This document shows positions 28,485 through 37,966 of a stretch of 64,000 nt of DNA, piece after piece. Numbering within the stretch: the stretch's first letter is position 1; the number at the start of each line of letters is the position of its first letter. Both the position numbers and the translations under genes were made by a program. Source of the DNA: an uncultured Nitrospiraceae bacterium (GTDB lineage Bacteria; Nitrospirota; Thermodesulfovibrionia; Thermodesulfovibrionales; Dissulfurispiraceae); the NCBI GenBank assembly GCA_963705105.1, contig CAVPIW010000012.1:160001-224000 (forward strand), written 5' to 3'. Below the pieces are notes generated by a model. It worked only from the letters and a program-made list of their open reading frames with translations. It had not been told where the DNA came from and made no database searches.

Positions 28485-28515
28485 GGGCCCCTCTTCGGGA
28501 GGGGCCCGTCTTTTT
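28485..28515 (+). terminator. Rho-independent terminator
   Basis: GGGCCCCTC-TTCGG-GAGGGGCCC followed by GTCTTTTT. Confidence 0.85.
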
Positions 28516-28527
28516 CCCGGAGGAAAA

Positions 28528-28887
28528 ATGAACAGGAGCACGAATGCTGCACGGCTGGAAAGGGCTCAGGAGAGACGTGATGCGGGATCGATGGAAGAGC
28601 GGTTTCCCGAAGTTGCGAGCATTGTGCTGACCATGGACTACCGTCACAGGGGCCTCACGTCGATTCTGCGCAGTTTCAGTTACGACCCCGCCAGCTTTGC
28701 CTATTTCAGGGTCAGTTGTTTATGGAAGGAATGCGATGACGGAGGCTTTGACCTGACCCGTGTCATCACGTCGATGATCAGGAACCGCAAGCAGTTCGAA
28801 AAAGGTGAGCTCGACTGCGAACGGAATGAACCGGGAGCGGGCCACTCGCATATTCTCTATGAGGTCGGCATAAACTACAAGGCGTAA
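28528..28887 (+). CDS. Hypothetical protein with Cys/His residues
   Basis: GGAGG RBS at ATG 28528. Confidence 0.75.
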   Translation: MNRSTNAARLERAQERRDAGSMEERFPEVASIVLTMDYRHRGLTSILRSFSYDPASFAYFRVSCLWKECDDGGFDLTRVITSMIRNRKQFEKGELDCERNEPGAGHSHILYEVGINYKA

Positions 28888-29339
28888 GATCGACGGCAGC
28901 TGACGTCCGGACTGCGCTGCATTGCAGATCACACCGTTTTTCCGTGCCGCCGGGATCGTTCCTCAGTTCTCTGCTACTTCCGCGCGATCGTCTCCCCCGC
29001 CCTTTCAAGAAACTGCAACGTTTATTTAATTCTCATCGCGCCGATCTCCGGCAAAATCTGTCACGGGGTTATGGGAATTATTGACACATAATCTGTCCAG
29101 GAATGCCTTCACATGCGCCCGATTTCTGAAGGCGACTCCGGGGCCCCCATCTCAGATGCTTCTCAACATCAGTGGATTAAAAGGGCCGGCGTTGAACCAT
29201 ACCTTAATGGAACGAAACTTGCCATATCTGTGCTATTATTTTATAAAAATCTCGCCAGGGTCATTGGGGGTTGCTCCCGCGTTTCCCCCGTGAACGTCAA
29301 CTGTATGCTCCTGAGAGGTTCCTCAGGAAAGGAGGCATC

Positions 29340-30182
29340 ATGTTCAGGAAGGGTTGTTTTTCAATTCTCGTCGTTGCACTCGGCTTGGTGGTCCTTGCGG
29401 GTACGCAGGCGTATGCCGTTTCCGGCAATACGGCTGATGCCCTGGCCTATGATTATTACGCGCTGAGAGGGACGGCGAACATCATTTCGGTAGGCGGGGT
29501 GACAACCGCGCCCAGATGTGTGATGCCTGTCCCGTCGGATAAACAGGCGTTCACCTATACCCCTGTTGCTGAGCCTGTCATCGACTGCAATCCTGCCCTG
29601 GCAAAGCCGATCGGCGTGGGCGGCGTTGCCGTGGGCAGAGGTACGGTCAATATCAAGGTGGGCGTCGGGCCGTTTGAGGCCCCTGTCGATGTCTCGATCG
29701 GCATATTCATGGCATCTTTTGATGCGACTGACATTTACTTTATCAATGTCCTAAACCAGCTCACGTCGCTCCAGGAGGAACTTGCTGAGGAATTTGAGGC
29801 GGAAGCGTTGTCGGATGCGAATGCGTCCTCGAAGGACAAGGACAAAGACAAGGACAAGGACAAGGGCAACGGCAATGACAACAACAACGGCAACAACGGC
29901 AAGGATAATGGTAACGTCAACAATGGCTCTGATAACAGTGACAAACAGCCTCCCGCATCAGATGACCCGAAACCCAAGAAGAAATTCAAGAGACTGACCG
30001 TTTGGAAGGGTGATGTGATGGCGGTGTACGAGGTAATCCTCGATGACGTCAAAGTCGATGTCCTCCCGTCAGGCCTCTACGTGATCATTTTGAACGTCAC
30101 ACGGGTGAGCCCGGCGGACAACAATTTCGACCGGTTCTATCGCTGGGTGACCTATTTCATTGTCCCCGACAAGACGCAGTAG
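29340..30182 (+). CDS. Secreted hypothetical protein with DK/N-rich low-complexity insert
   Basis: AGGAGG RBS; signal peptide; KDKDKDKDKDKGNGNDNNNGNN. Confidence 0.85.
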   Translation: MFRKGCFSILVVALGLVVLAGTQAYAVSGNTADALAYDYYALRGTANIISVGGVTTAPRCVMPVPSDKQAFTYTPVAEPVIDCNPALAKPIGVGGVAVGRGTVNIKVGVGPFEAPVDVSIGIFMASFDATDIYFINVLNQLTSLQEELAEEFEAEALSDANASSKDKDKDKDKDKGNGNDNNNGNNGKDNGNVNNGSDNSDKQPPASDDPKPKKKFKRLTVWKGDVMAVYEVILDDVKVDVLPSGLYVIILNVTRVSPADNNFDRFYRWVTYFIVPDKTQ

Positions 30183-30279
30183 AGAAACCGCATGGAGACC
30201 GGCTGTCTCATGGCGTGACTGGGACGGCCGGTCCCCGCTCCCTCAGTTGACCCGGCAGGTCTGACACTCATGTGCCTGA

Positions 30280-30612
30280 TCACCGCTTCTTCAGGTAATC
30301 GCCAAGCAATCCCCTGCTGTGCTCGTCGTCGTGGCAATAGACGCAGAGGTTCTCCCAGTTGGAGCCGTCGGGGGGGTTGTTGTGATGGTTCCCGTCCCTG
30401 TGATGGACCGTCAGCAGGCGCCGGTCCTTCTCCTCGAACTCCCTGCCGCACTTGGCGCAGATGAGGCCGTGTATGCGGAGTGACTGCTCCCTGTAGTCAC
30501 CCGACCGCTGGCCCGCCTCCTTCAGTTCCTTCACGATTTCTTCCACGGACTTGCCGCTGTCCTTCTTCGGGGACGTCTTCATCCTGAAATCTTTCCGACC
30601 GTATTTTCTCAT
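30280..30612 (-). CDS. YajD-family HNH nuclease
   Basis: CAKC..LTVHHRDGNHHNNPPDGSNWENLCVYCHDDEH. Confidence 0.9.
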   Translation of the reverse strand: MRKYGRKDFRMKTSPKKDSGKSVEEIVKELKEAGQRSGDYREQSLRIHGLICAKCGREFEEKDRRLLTVHHRDGNHHNNPPDGSNWENLCVYCHDDEHSRGLLGDYLKKR

Positions 30613-30665
30613 TATGGATTCTCCCCTTTCCTCTCAGAATGCAGAACAGACAAACATATAATATT

Positions 30666-30864
30666 AAACCTTATCGTTGCAATACACTTCCGGGAAAGGC
30701 GGGGCGTATGCGCCGAAAACCTTGATGCGGCCACACCTTTGCCTTCCCATGAAGACGTTTTCAGGCAAACGGCTGAAAAAGGTGACCCTTTTACGGACAC
30801 TCACACTGACACTGACACTGTTTTCAGCGCGTTTCGCCACGCCTTTCCATGCAACTACAATGTA
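30666..30864 (+). repeat. Family A full copy (reference copy)
   Basis: AAACCTTATCGTTGCAATACACTTCCGGGAAAGGCGGGGCG...CGCCACGCCTTTCCATGCAAC. Confidence 0.9.
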
Positions 30865-31030
30865 AAGTGTACCCGATAATCGCCGGAGATTCAAAAGCAC
30901 ATCCCTGCTGAGCGATGCCGGGGCCTCACATCAATGGGGGAGGCTCCGTGTGGCGGACATCACGAGGCATCACGTTGAGGGTACCAGTGAATTGTTGCTT
31001 CAGAAAAGAGCTATGAGCTAAGGGCGGTGC

Positions 31031-31270
31031 ATGCCTAAGAATATTCCCTCCCTGAAGCCAAGGGAATTGATCAGGTTATTGGAACGATTTGGATGTGCTT
31101 ATTATCGCGAGGGCAAGGGTGATCATGCATTGTAAACCCGCATCCTCGGAGGCAAGAAGAGAGTGGTTCCTATAGACATGGGTGCCGCTGAACTCTCCCC
31201 GCCCTATGTTCTCAGAATACACAGGCAATTCGGCTTCACCGATGATGAGATCGACCGTATCCTGGTGTAG
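31031..31270 (+). pseudogene. HicA-family toxin pseudogene (internal TAA at 31133), preceded by a possible antitoxin 3' remnant
   Basis: MPKNIPSLKPRELIRLLERFGCAYYREGKGDHAL*TRILGGKKRVVPIDMG...; G.H motif typical of HicA. Confidence 0.75.
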
Positions 31271-31406
31271 GACACGACAGCCCAGTTTCCTTCCCGCCCC
31301 GTCCAACAGTATCGCAGGAAGTTCTTCTGTCTTGCTCCACTCAATTGGGCTGCCTAATGCCCCTGCGGCAGATTAGCGGCCGCCCACGGGCTTTGTGTGT
31401 ACACGG

Positions 31407-31470
31407 CAGACACGGCAAAGGGCGGTCCGGAGATGCTCTCGGGGTATCTCGTGAGGCAAGGCGCTGCGCC
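31407..31470 (-). repeat. Degenerate family B fragment
   Basis: AGACACGGCAAAGGGCGGTCCGGAGATGCTCTCGGGGTATCTC resembles 59917-59957. Confidence 0.55.
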
Positions 31471-31644
31471 TTGCAGTTTCAATGAGGTTTCAGTTATTTT
31501 GATCCATCTGCCTTGCGGGAAAGCCTTGTAAAAGATGTGCATGGTGCGCGTGCAGAAGCAACGGCTGCGCGTCTCTGTGCCGGAAGATCTCATGGTCGCA
31601 GTATGGTGCGTCACCACAAAGGCGGGGTGATAGGAAAGGAGGGC

Positions 31645-34233
31645 ATGATGGAATGCAGTCGCAGGGTTTTTCTCAGGGGAATCGCTGCTTTGGGCGGTAT
31701 GGCCGCTCTTTCCGACATGGGCGCCCTGGCCCGGGCTGTCGAGAGGGCATCGGGAAAAGTCGGCGATCTGCCGGCTGAAGTCAGACACGTAAAGACGACC
31801 TGCGTGCATTGTGTCGTCTATTGCGGTATCGACGTCACCGTCAGGAACGGGGTGATCCAGGCCATATATCCTGATGCGGAGCGCGCCCCGTACTTTAATC
31901 GCGGTATATGTCCCAAAGGTGTCGCCGGTCTCTTCAACACGTATAATCCCTACCGCCTGAAGAGACCGCTCAAAAGAACCAACCCGAAGAAGGGACGCGA
32001 TGAAGATCCGGGGTGGGTGGAGATATCATGGGATGAGGCTTTCGACACGATCGCGGAAAGACTGAAAAAGATCCGGGCGGAAAACCCGGCGAAGCTCGTC
32101 TGGCAGGACGGGCAGGGGAGATACCTGTCCAATGCGCAGCCCCTTGCCGCTTTTTGCGCGGCTTTCGGGACACCCAATTTCATTCATCGCACCACGCTCT
32201 GTATTGCATCGAGGAATATCGCCGATCAGCTTACATGGGGTTCCTTCACGATTCTGCCCGATCTCCAGCACGCCAACCTGCTCCTGAACTTCGGATCAAC
32301 GTACTACGAAGGTGAGCAATGGGCACGGTGGCTGGATTACAACACCGCGTTGGCGAGGGATCGCGGCATGAAGACGATCGTCTTTGATCCCCGGATGTCT
32401 GTGAATGCGGCGAAGGCTGATGAATGGGTCCCTGTCAGGCCCGGGTCCGATGCGGCTCTCATCCTTGCGATGGCGAAGCTCCTGATCGACTCCGGCAACA
32501 TAGATGAGGACTTTCTCATCACCTATACGAACGCGCCCGAGCTGGTCGGGACAGACGGCGCCGTCCTGAAGGACCCTCAGGGGAAGTCGCTGGTCTTTGA
32601 CGCTGCCACGAAGAGCATCAAACCCCTCGCTGATGACGTCAAGCCTGCGTTAAAGGGATCTTTCGCCTACAATGGCGCTGCGGTGAGAACGGCGTTCCAG
32701 GTATTTATCGATAGCCTCAACGGGGTATCGCCCGAGTATGCGGAGAACGTGACGGGAGTGCCGGCATCGACAATACGGCGCATCACAGATGAGGTCGCCA
32801 GGCAGGCAAGGATCGGCTCGACGATCGATCTCGACGGGCAGCGATTGAGGCACAGGCCCGTCGCCGTCCATACCTTCCGCGGTTTGACGGCACGGCAGCA
32901 CGGCGTGCAGAACTGGCGGGCGGGGATAGTGCTGGAAATGCTCCTCGGAGGTCTTGATGCCGTCGGGGGCATGATCGTTTTTAATCCGAACAGCACACCA
33001 AAGACCCTTGAGCCGTCGAATGCCGAATACCCGCCACGCCGCGTCGATCTGGCCGGCAGCATTTACTTTCCGCATGCGACGCAGGACGTCGGTCAACAGG
33101 TGAACCTCTCACTCCTCGATCCGAAGGGTTTCGGGCTGCCCTATGAACCGGAGATGCAGCTCATCTACGGCAGCAACAGGCCTTTTTCCGCTTCCGAATC
33201 GGCCAGGCAATTTGAGGGGATGAAAAGAACATACAATGTCGTCATCGACATCGTCATGACGGAAACGGCGTGGTTCGCCGACATCGTGCTGCCCGACGAC
33301 ACCTATCTGGAGGGCTGGCACTATTCCATGACCCGCTGGGCTGTCGATGCGCGCACCATGGCGATTCGCCAGCCCGTTGTGGACAATGTGTTCAAGATTC
33401 CCTACGAGGGTCTGACGATCCTCTGGGCGCTCGCAAAACGCGCCGGCTTCAGGGACGCCTACGCGGAAGAGCTCAACAGGAAGTGGGGCCTCAAGGAAAC
33501 AAAGTTCATACAGGGGAGAGATTACAACGCCCGTGAGGCCCTTGAGATCGTGTGGACGGAACTGACGAAGAAGGATTTCAGTGTGGCCCTGGAAAAAGGG
33601 TTCGTCGGAAGGAAGCTGAACGCCGCCGACCGTTATCTCAAGGGAGTGGAAGACAAGTTCAAGGGGCCGGGCAAGCCGAAGATGAAGTTTTACGCGGACC
33701 AGCTTGTCGGCTCCTATGAGAAGATCGCCGGCAACGTAAAGAAACACGGCGTCTCAAACCTCGATCTCGACGCATACAAAGTGGCGATGTCGCCGTTGCC
33801 CCTTAAGGAACACGCGTTTCCGGCGGCACATCGCAACAGGGATGACTACCCCTTTTATTTGATCACCCACAAGGTGATGCACCGGAACCAGTCGGGAAAT
33901 ACCTGCCTGAATCCGATACTCAATGCCCTCGGCGGCACAGACACCAACAGTGTGGCCATGAATCGCTCGACTGCGCAGAAGATGCAGATCAAGACCGGCG
34001 ACACCGTCGTCATCGAAACGAAGATCGGAAAGGTGAAGGGTGTGGCGAACGTCATCGAGGGTATACGTCCCGACACCGTTGCCGTATCGTATCACTACGG
34101 GCAATGGAGTCCCGGGCTTCCTGACTACGCGAAAACGGGTATCGACATCAACAGCGTTCTTGAATTGCGGCCCGATGTCATCTCGGGTATGAACTCGTTT
34201 AACGATACGAAGTGCAGGATTTACAAGGCATAG
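31645..34233 (+). CDS. Tat-exported molybdopterin oxidoreductase catalytic subunit (DMSO-reductase superfamily, Arr/Psr-like clade)
   Basis: SRRVFL Tat motif; CVHCVVYC...C Fe-S motif; KRTNPKKGRDEDPGWVEISWDEA; ADIVLPD.TYLE. Confidence 0.92.
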   Translation: MMECSRRVFLRGIAALGGMAALSDMGALARAVERASGKVGDLPAEVRHVKTTCVHCVVYCGIDVTVRNGVIQAIYPDAERAPYFNRGICPKGVAGLFNTYNPYRLKRPLKRTNPKKGRDEDPGWVEISWDEAFDTIAERLKKIRAENPAKLVWQDGQGRYLSNAQPLAAFCAAFGTPNFIHRTTLCIASRNIADQLTWGSFTILPDLQHANLLLNFGSTYYEGEQWARWLDYNTALARDRGMKTIVFDPRMSVNAAKADEWVPVRPGSDAALILAMAKLLIDSGNIDEDFLITYTNAPELVGTDGAVLKDPQGKSLVFDAATKSIKPLADDVKPALKGSFAYNGAAVRTAFQVFIDSLNGVSPEYAENVTGVPASTIRRITDEVARQARIGSTIDLDGQRLRHRPVAVHTFRGLTARQHGVQNWRAGIVLEMLLGGLDAVGGMIVFNPNSTPKTLEPSNAEYPPRRVDLAGSIYFPHATQDVGQQVNLSLLDPKGFGLPYEPEMQLIYGSNRPFSASESARQFEGMKRTYNVVIDIVMTETAWFADIVLPDDTYLEGWHYSMTRWAVDARTMAIRQPVVDNVFKIPYEGLTILWALAKRAGFRDAYAEELNRKWGLKETKFIQGRDYNAREALEIVWTELTKKDFSVALEKGFVGRKLNAADRYLKGVEDKFKGPGKPKMKFYADQLVGSYEKIAGNVKKHGVSNLDLDAYKVAMSPLPLKEHAFPAAHRNRDDYPFYLITHKVMHRNQSGNTCLNPILNALGGTDTNSVAMNRSTAQKMQIKTGDTVVIETKIGKVKGVANVIEGIRPDTVAVSYHYGQWSPGLPDYAKTGIDINSVLELRPDVISGMNSFNDTKCRIYKA

Positions 34234-34243
34234 GGAGGAAGAC

Positions 34244-34933
34244 ATGCCCACATTCGTGCGATTGATAGACACCAAGAGGTGCATCGGATGCCGTACCTGC
34301 GTGGCCGCATGCATGGTCGAGAACCATTACACCCCGGGCTCTCCGTGGAATGTGCTTGTCGAGAAGGAGATGGGGTTTTACCCGAAGGTCAGGAAATTCT
34401 TCGCGACCATGGCGTGTATGCACTGCGAAGCGCCGGCGTGCAAGATGGCCTGTGACAAGGTGGGAGCATATGCCATAAACAGGAACGAGCATGGAGTGGT
34501 CCTCGTCGACTACGAAAAGTGCATCGGCTGCGGATACTGTGCAGCCGCCTGTCCCTATGGCGTCCCGCAGCTGAACGGTGAAATGCACCCGCTTTATCCG
34601 GGGCACTCGACGCCCTATGAGGCGATTGTCCCTTCCGACCGTCACCCGACTCACCGTAAGCGGCCCCGGGTGGTCGAAAAGTGCACGTCCTGCTGGCACA
34701 AACTCGAAAAGGCGGTTTCCCGCGGCAGGACGCATCTCGTGGGACAGGAGCAGGACTATACGCCTGCCTGTGATGTCGTCTGTCCCGTCCAGGCGCGTTT
34801 TTTCGGCGACCTTGATGATCCGGACAGCGAAGTTGCCAGGAGGATCAGGACGAGCGGGGCGACGCAACTGAAGAAGGAGTTCGGCACAGGGCCGCTGGTC
34901 TATTATGTGCTGGAAGGAGGTGACTCCCGATGA
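34244..34933 (+). CDS. Four-cluster 4Fe-4S electron-transfer subunit (DmsB/ArrB-like)
   Basis: CIGCRTC..AC, CMHC..PAC...C, CIGCGYC..AC, CTSC..AC...C. Confidence 0.93.
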   Translation: MPTFVRLIDTKRCIGCRTCVAACMVENHYTPGSPWNVLVEKEMGFYPKVRKFFATMACMHCEAPACKMACDKVGAYAINRNEHGVVLVDYEKCIGCGYCAAACPYGVPQLNGEMHPLYPGHSTPYEAIVPSDRHPTHRKRPRVVEKCTSCWHKLEKAVSRGRTHLVGQEQDYTPACDVVCPVQARFFGDLDDPDSEVARRIRTSGATQLKKEFGTGPLVYYVLEGGDSR

Positions 34934-35274
34934 AGAGCATCCTGTCCGGCCTGATGATCACGATGTGCATCGCTTCATTGGCTGTCGCGGCTGATCTGCA
35001 GACGACCGCCCAGGAGTCGCAGAAGGGGAAAACAGAGACGGGCGCGAAATACTCCATGGCCCCTGACGGGCGTTTCCATACGATTCATGGAAAGGTTGTC
35101 GGCATGGATTGCAGGAACTGCCATGTGGATTTCGACGGGAAAGACCTTTTCATTGTGAGGGGTGACAGGAAACTGCCCGCATCTCAGCCCGGTCACGTGC
35201 ACAAGAGCAGGTGTCTCGGATGCCACAGGGAAGGGGGAACGGCAACGTCCCTCTATGGCGCAACGTCAAAATGA
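34930..35274 (+). CDS. Periplasmic dihaem cytochrome c
   Basis: Signal peptide; CRNCH and CLGCH. Confidence 0.88.
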   Translation: MKSILSGLMITMCIASLAVAADLQTTAQESQKGKTETGAKYSMAPDGRFHTIHGKVVGMDCRNCHVDFDGKDLFIVRGDRKLPASQPGHVHKSRCLGCHREGGTATSLYGATSK

Positions 35275-35936
35275 CGGATCATTATTCTGACCAGTTATGC
35301 CGGCTCGCCCGGGCCAGGGCCGAGAGTTACTGGTGGTTGTCAAATCTCTACTTCGAGCTGCCGACGCCGGAAAAGGTCAGGGCCCTGAGGGAAAAAATCG
35401 AGGCCCTGGCTGACAGCACTCCCGATGCACTGACCGGTCACCTCCTGACGTTGAGATCGCTGTTTCAGGGAAGGGGTGATGATGAAATCGCAGACCGGCT
35501 GCTTCCCGAGCAAACGAGGCTTTTCGGCGGATTGCATCCTGCCTACGGTCCGCCGCCACCGTACGAATCGGTCTATCGAGGCGCTCAGTTCATGGGAGAG
35601 GTGACGCTGTCGGTGATAAGGGCTTTTCATGAGGCAGGGTTCGAACAGATCGAGACATCCGTGGGACCGGCGGACCATATTGTCTCAGAGCTGAAATTCA
35701 TGGCAGCCCTGTGTTTCAGGGAGCAGGAAGCCTGGGAAAGGGGAGAATCGGATAGGGCGCTTCAATGGGTGCTGCAGGAGAAGCGGTTCCTGGAAGATCA
35801 TATCATGAAATGGATACCGGCTTTTTGCGACGCCCTCAAGAAAAGCGCAAAAGAGCGGTATTTTGTCTGCCTCGCCGATTTGACGCGTGAGGCATGCGAA
35901 AGTGATACGGAGGCGGTGAATCATTTGTTGCAATGA
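35271..35936 (+). CDS. TorD/DmsD-family chaperone
   Basis: PPYESVY, DHIVSELKFM, FLEDHIMKW. Confidence 0.92.
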   Translation: MTDHYSDQLCRLARARAESYWWLSNLYFELPTPEKVRALREKIEALADSTPDALTGHLLTLRSLFQGRGDDEIADRLLPEQTRLFGGLHPAYGPPPPYESVYRGAQFMGEVTLSVIRAFHEAGFEQIETSVGPADHIVSELKFMAALCFREQEAWERGESDRALQWVLQEKRFLEDHIMKWIPAFCDALKKSAKERYFVCLADLTREACESDTEAVNHLLQ

Positions 35937-35951
35937 TGAAGGAGACGAACT

Positions 35952-36173
35952 TCATCGAGCGGACAGACACCCCCTCCCGCAGCCTTCCTCGTCGTCGATG
36001 TCGAAAAAATCCCGCATGGCGGCATAATGGCCGTGCCGTGCATTCCGGCAGACCGGGCAATGTTTCGTGTGCTCTCTGAGACTGTACAGACACCAGGAGC
36101 CGTCGGGTTTCAGTATGCCCAGCCGTCTGGCATCCTCGCCGCATTCATGCATATGTTCGTCCTGTTTTTTCAT
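35952..36173 (-). CDS. Small Cys/His-rich hypothetical protein
   Basis: HTKHCPVC; follows the thiF-like gene on the same strand. Confidence 0.6.
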   Translation of the reverse strand: MKKQDEHMHECGEDARRLGILKPDGSWCLYSLREHTKHCPVCRNARHGHYAAMRDFFDIDDEEGCGRGCLSAR

Positions 36174-36189
36174 TGGAAGATCATGATGC

Positions 36190-37011
36190 TCAGGCCAGTC
36201 TGACCTCTTCGATCTCCATGTCCAGCAGGTTTATGGAGAGCATCCTGCCTCTGAGAGGCGTCCCGAGGCCCGTCAGGATCTTGCAGACCTCCGCCGCCTG
36301 GAGGCTCGCGACGACGGCGGGCGTGAAAGAGGGATTGCCCAGCCTCTCTTCGACACCCCTGTCCTGGCGGCTGAGGCGATAGATGGCCTGCAGCGTCTGA
36401 TCGCCGGGAAACTGCGTCGCCACCTGCCCGTACCACCCGGCGATCGTGCCGTGGACAAGGGGGATGCCGAGGGTCTCGCAGGCCGCGGCAAGATCGAGCC
36501 GCGCCGGGATGCTGTCGAGGGCGTCAGCGACAACGGTGCAGCCGCTGAGGATCTCTCCTGCGTTGGAGCGGTCAAGAGGCCGGGCAACGGCCCTGAGGCT
36601 GACGGCAGGATTGACGGCTGCGACGCGTGCTGCCGCCGCGTCCACCTTGGACTGCCCGAGAGTCGCCACCGTTGACAGGACCTGGCGGTTCAGGTTGTGC
36701 TCCTCGAAGGCATCGCCGTCGACGGCGATCAGCCCGCCCACACCCAGACGGGCGAGTTCCTCGATGAGGTACCCCCCGAGGCCGCCGCAGCCAACGACGG
36801 CAACGGTGCTCCAAAAGAGGCGACGCTGCATCTCCGTCGTGATCGTCTGCCTGTTGCGCTGGTACCGAGCCGGAAAAAGCCCTGCCCCGAAGATCGCCTC
36901 TTCGACCTGACGGAAAGACAGGGCGAACTTTCGGGCTGCGGCGCTCTGCGTTTCATAGGACACGAGGTCGCCGGCGGCGGATGACCGCAGGTATTCGACG
37001 AGCTTCGTCAT
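36190..37011 (-). CDS. HesA/MoeB/ThiF family adenylyltransferase
   Basis: RYQRN, VVGCGGLGG, NLNRQ. Confidence 0.92.
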   Translation of the reverse strand: MTKLVEYLRSSAAGDLVSYETQSAAARKFALSFRQVEEAIFGAGLFPARYQRNRQTITTEMQRRLFWSTVAVVGCGGLGGYLIEELARLGVGGLIAVDGDAFEEHNLNRQVLSTVATLGQSKVDAAAARVAAVNPAVSLRAVARPLDRSNAGEILSGCTVVADALDSIPARLDLAAACETLGIPLVHGTIAGWYGQVATQFPGDQTLQAIYRLSRQDRGVEERLGNPSFTPAVVASLQAAEVCKILTGLGTPLRGRMLSINLLDMEIEEVRLA

Positions 37012-37012
37012 T

Positions 37013-37237
37013 TCATCCTCCGCCGACGGGGGGAAAGAGCGACAGAGTGTCGCCGCCGGCAAGGACCGTGTCGAAATCCTTGTGTCTCCCGCTGATCAGG
37101 ATGAGCGCCACCTCGGCCTCGGGAATCGCGAGGTCCGTGAGAACGTCCCTGACAGTCGCGCCGGCAGTGAACTCCCTCTCGGCAACAGGGAATCGCCCTT
37201 CCCGTAACGTTGCAAAGAGCTTGACCTTAATGATCAC
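37013..37237 (-). CDS. MoaD/ThiS family sulfur carrier
   Basis: IKVKLFATLR...FPPVGGG C-terminus. Confidence 0.92.
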   Translation of the reverse strand: MIIKVKLFATLREGRFPVAEREFTAGATVRDVLTDLAIPEAEVALILISGRHKDFDTVLAGGDTLSLFPPVGGG

Positions 37238-37880
37238 GGCATCGGTCCTCAGCAGCCGCAGGCTCCGCAAGGACTGCGACCCTGAGCAGGATGGCCCCGT
37301 CGCCGGTCCCTGCCAGAAGGGAAGCAAGCTCTTCAAAACCGGCGAGGCGTCCGTCAATGCTGAGGCAGAAGGGGCCGGGCAGAAAACCATCCGGCCCATT
37401 CGTCACGATCTCCTCAAGATCCCTTTTCATGATGAGTATTCCCCGTGCAAGCAGCAGGGGGCCGATCTCCTCCATCACCATGTTGAAGAGCTTGAGCCTG
37501 ATCGTTCCAGTGCCGCCTTTGCGGCAAATCCCTGTTCCCCGGTAACTGATGGAGTCGCGGAAGGACGCATAGGCCCCGCCCTTTCTCATGGTGGCGCCGA
37601 CCAGTCCTGGCAGCGCTCCCGACAGTGACAGCCGGGATCCGTGATCAAGCAATGCCGCGTCGAGATCGTCGACGGGCATCCCGTTGAGAAAGACCGTGCT
37701 GATCCTGCTGTCCACGTACTCCGCGCCGATTCCCAGCTCATCGCACAGAAACGAGCGCACGCTGCAGCCCGGCAGGCAGCCCATGGCGAAGCCCGCCTGC
37801 AGGATCCTGTAAAAGACCGGGTAAGATCCGGATTGTATCGTGAACGTCACCGATGTCCCGGCCTGCTCCAATGTTGTCAC
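37227..37880 (-). CDS. Hypothetical protein in the AOR operon
   Basis: Overlaps the moaD-like gene; TVFLNGMPVDD..GSRLSLS resembles a beta-grasp segment. Confidence 0.75.
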   Translation of the reverse strand: MTTLEQAGTSVTFTIQSGSYPVFYRILQAGFAMGCLPGCSVRSFLCDELGIGAEYVDSRISTVFLNGMPVDDLDAALLDHGSRLSLSGALPGLVGATMRKGGAYASFRDSISYRGTGICRKGGTGTIRLKLFNMVMEEIGPLLLARGILIMKRDLEEIVTNGPDGFLPGPFCLSIDGRLAGFEELASLLAGTGDGAILLRVAVLAEPAAAEDRCRDH

Positions 37881-37966
37881 TGCCCCCCGGCTATTGCCGA
37901 TCTTTCCCTGTCTTTCCGAAACGATACGAAGGAGGAGAGAACGGGGCCCCTCCCCTGTGATGCAAT

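Noticed and set aside
29830..29940. GACAAG/AAC repeats as a contingency locus or DGR variable region
   Set aside because: In-frame low-complexity coding sequence; no reverse transcriptase or template repeat in the window
31300..31640. Moco/Wco riboswitch upstream of the molybdoenzyme (or of aor, 39704-39780)
   Set aside because: No recognisable consensus by eye; part of each region is repeat-derived; an Rfam search would be needed
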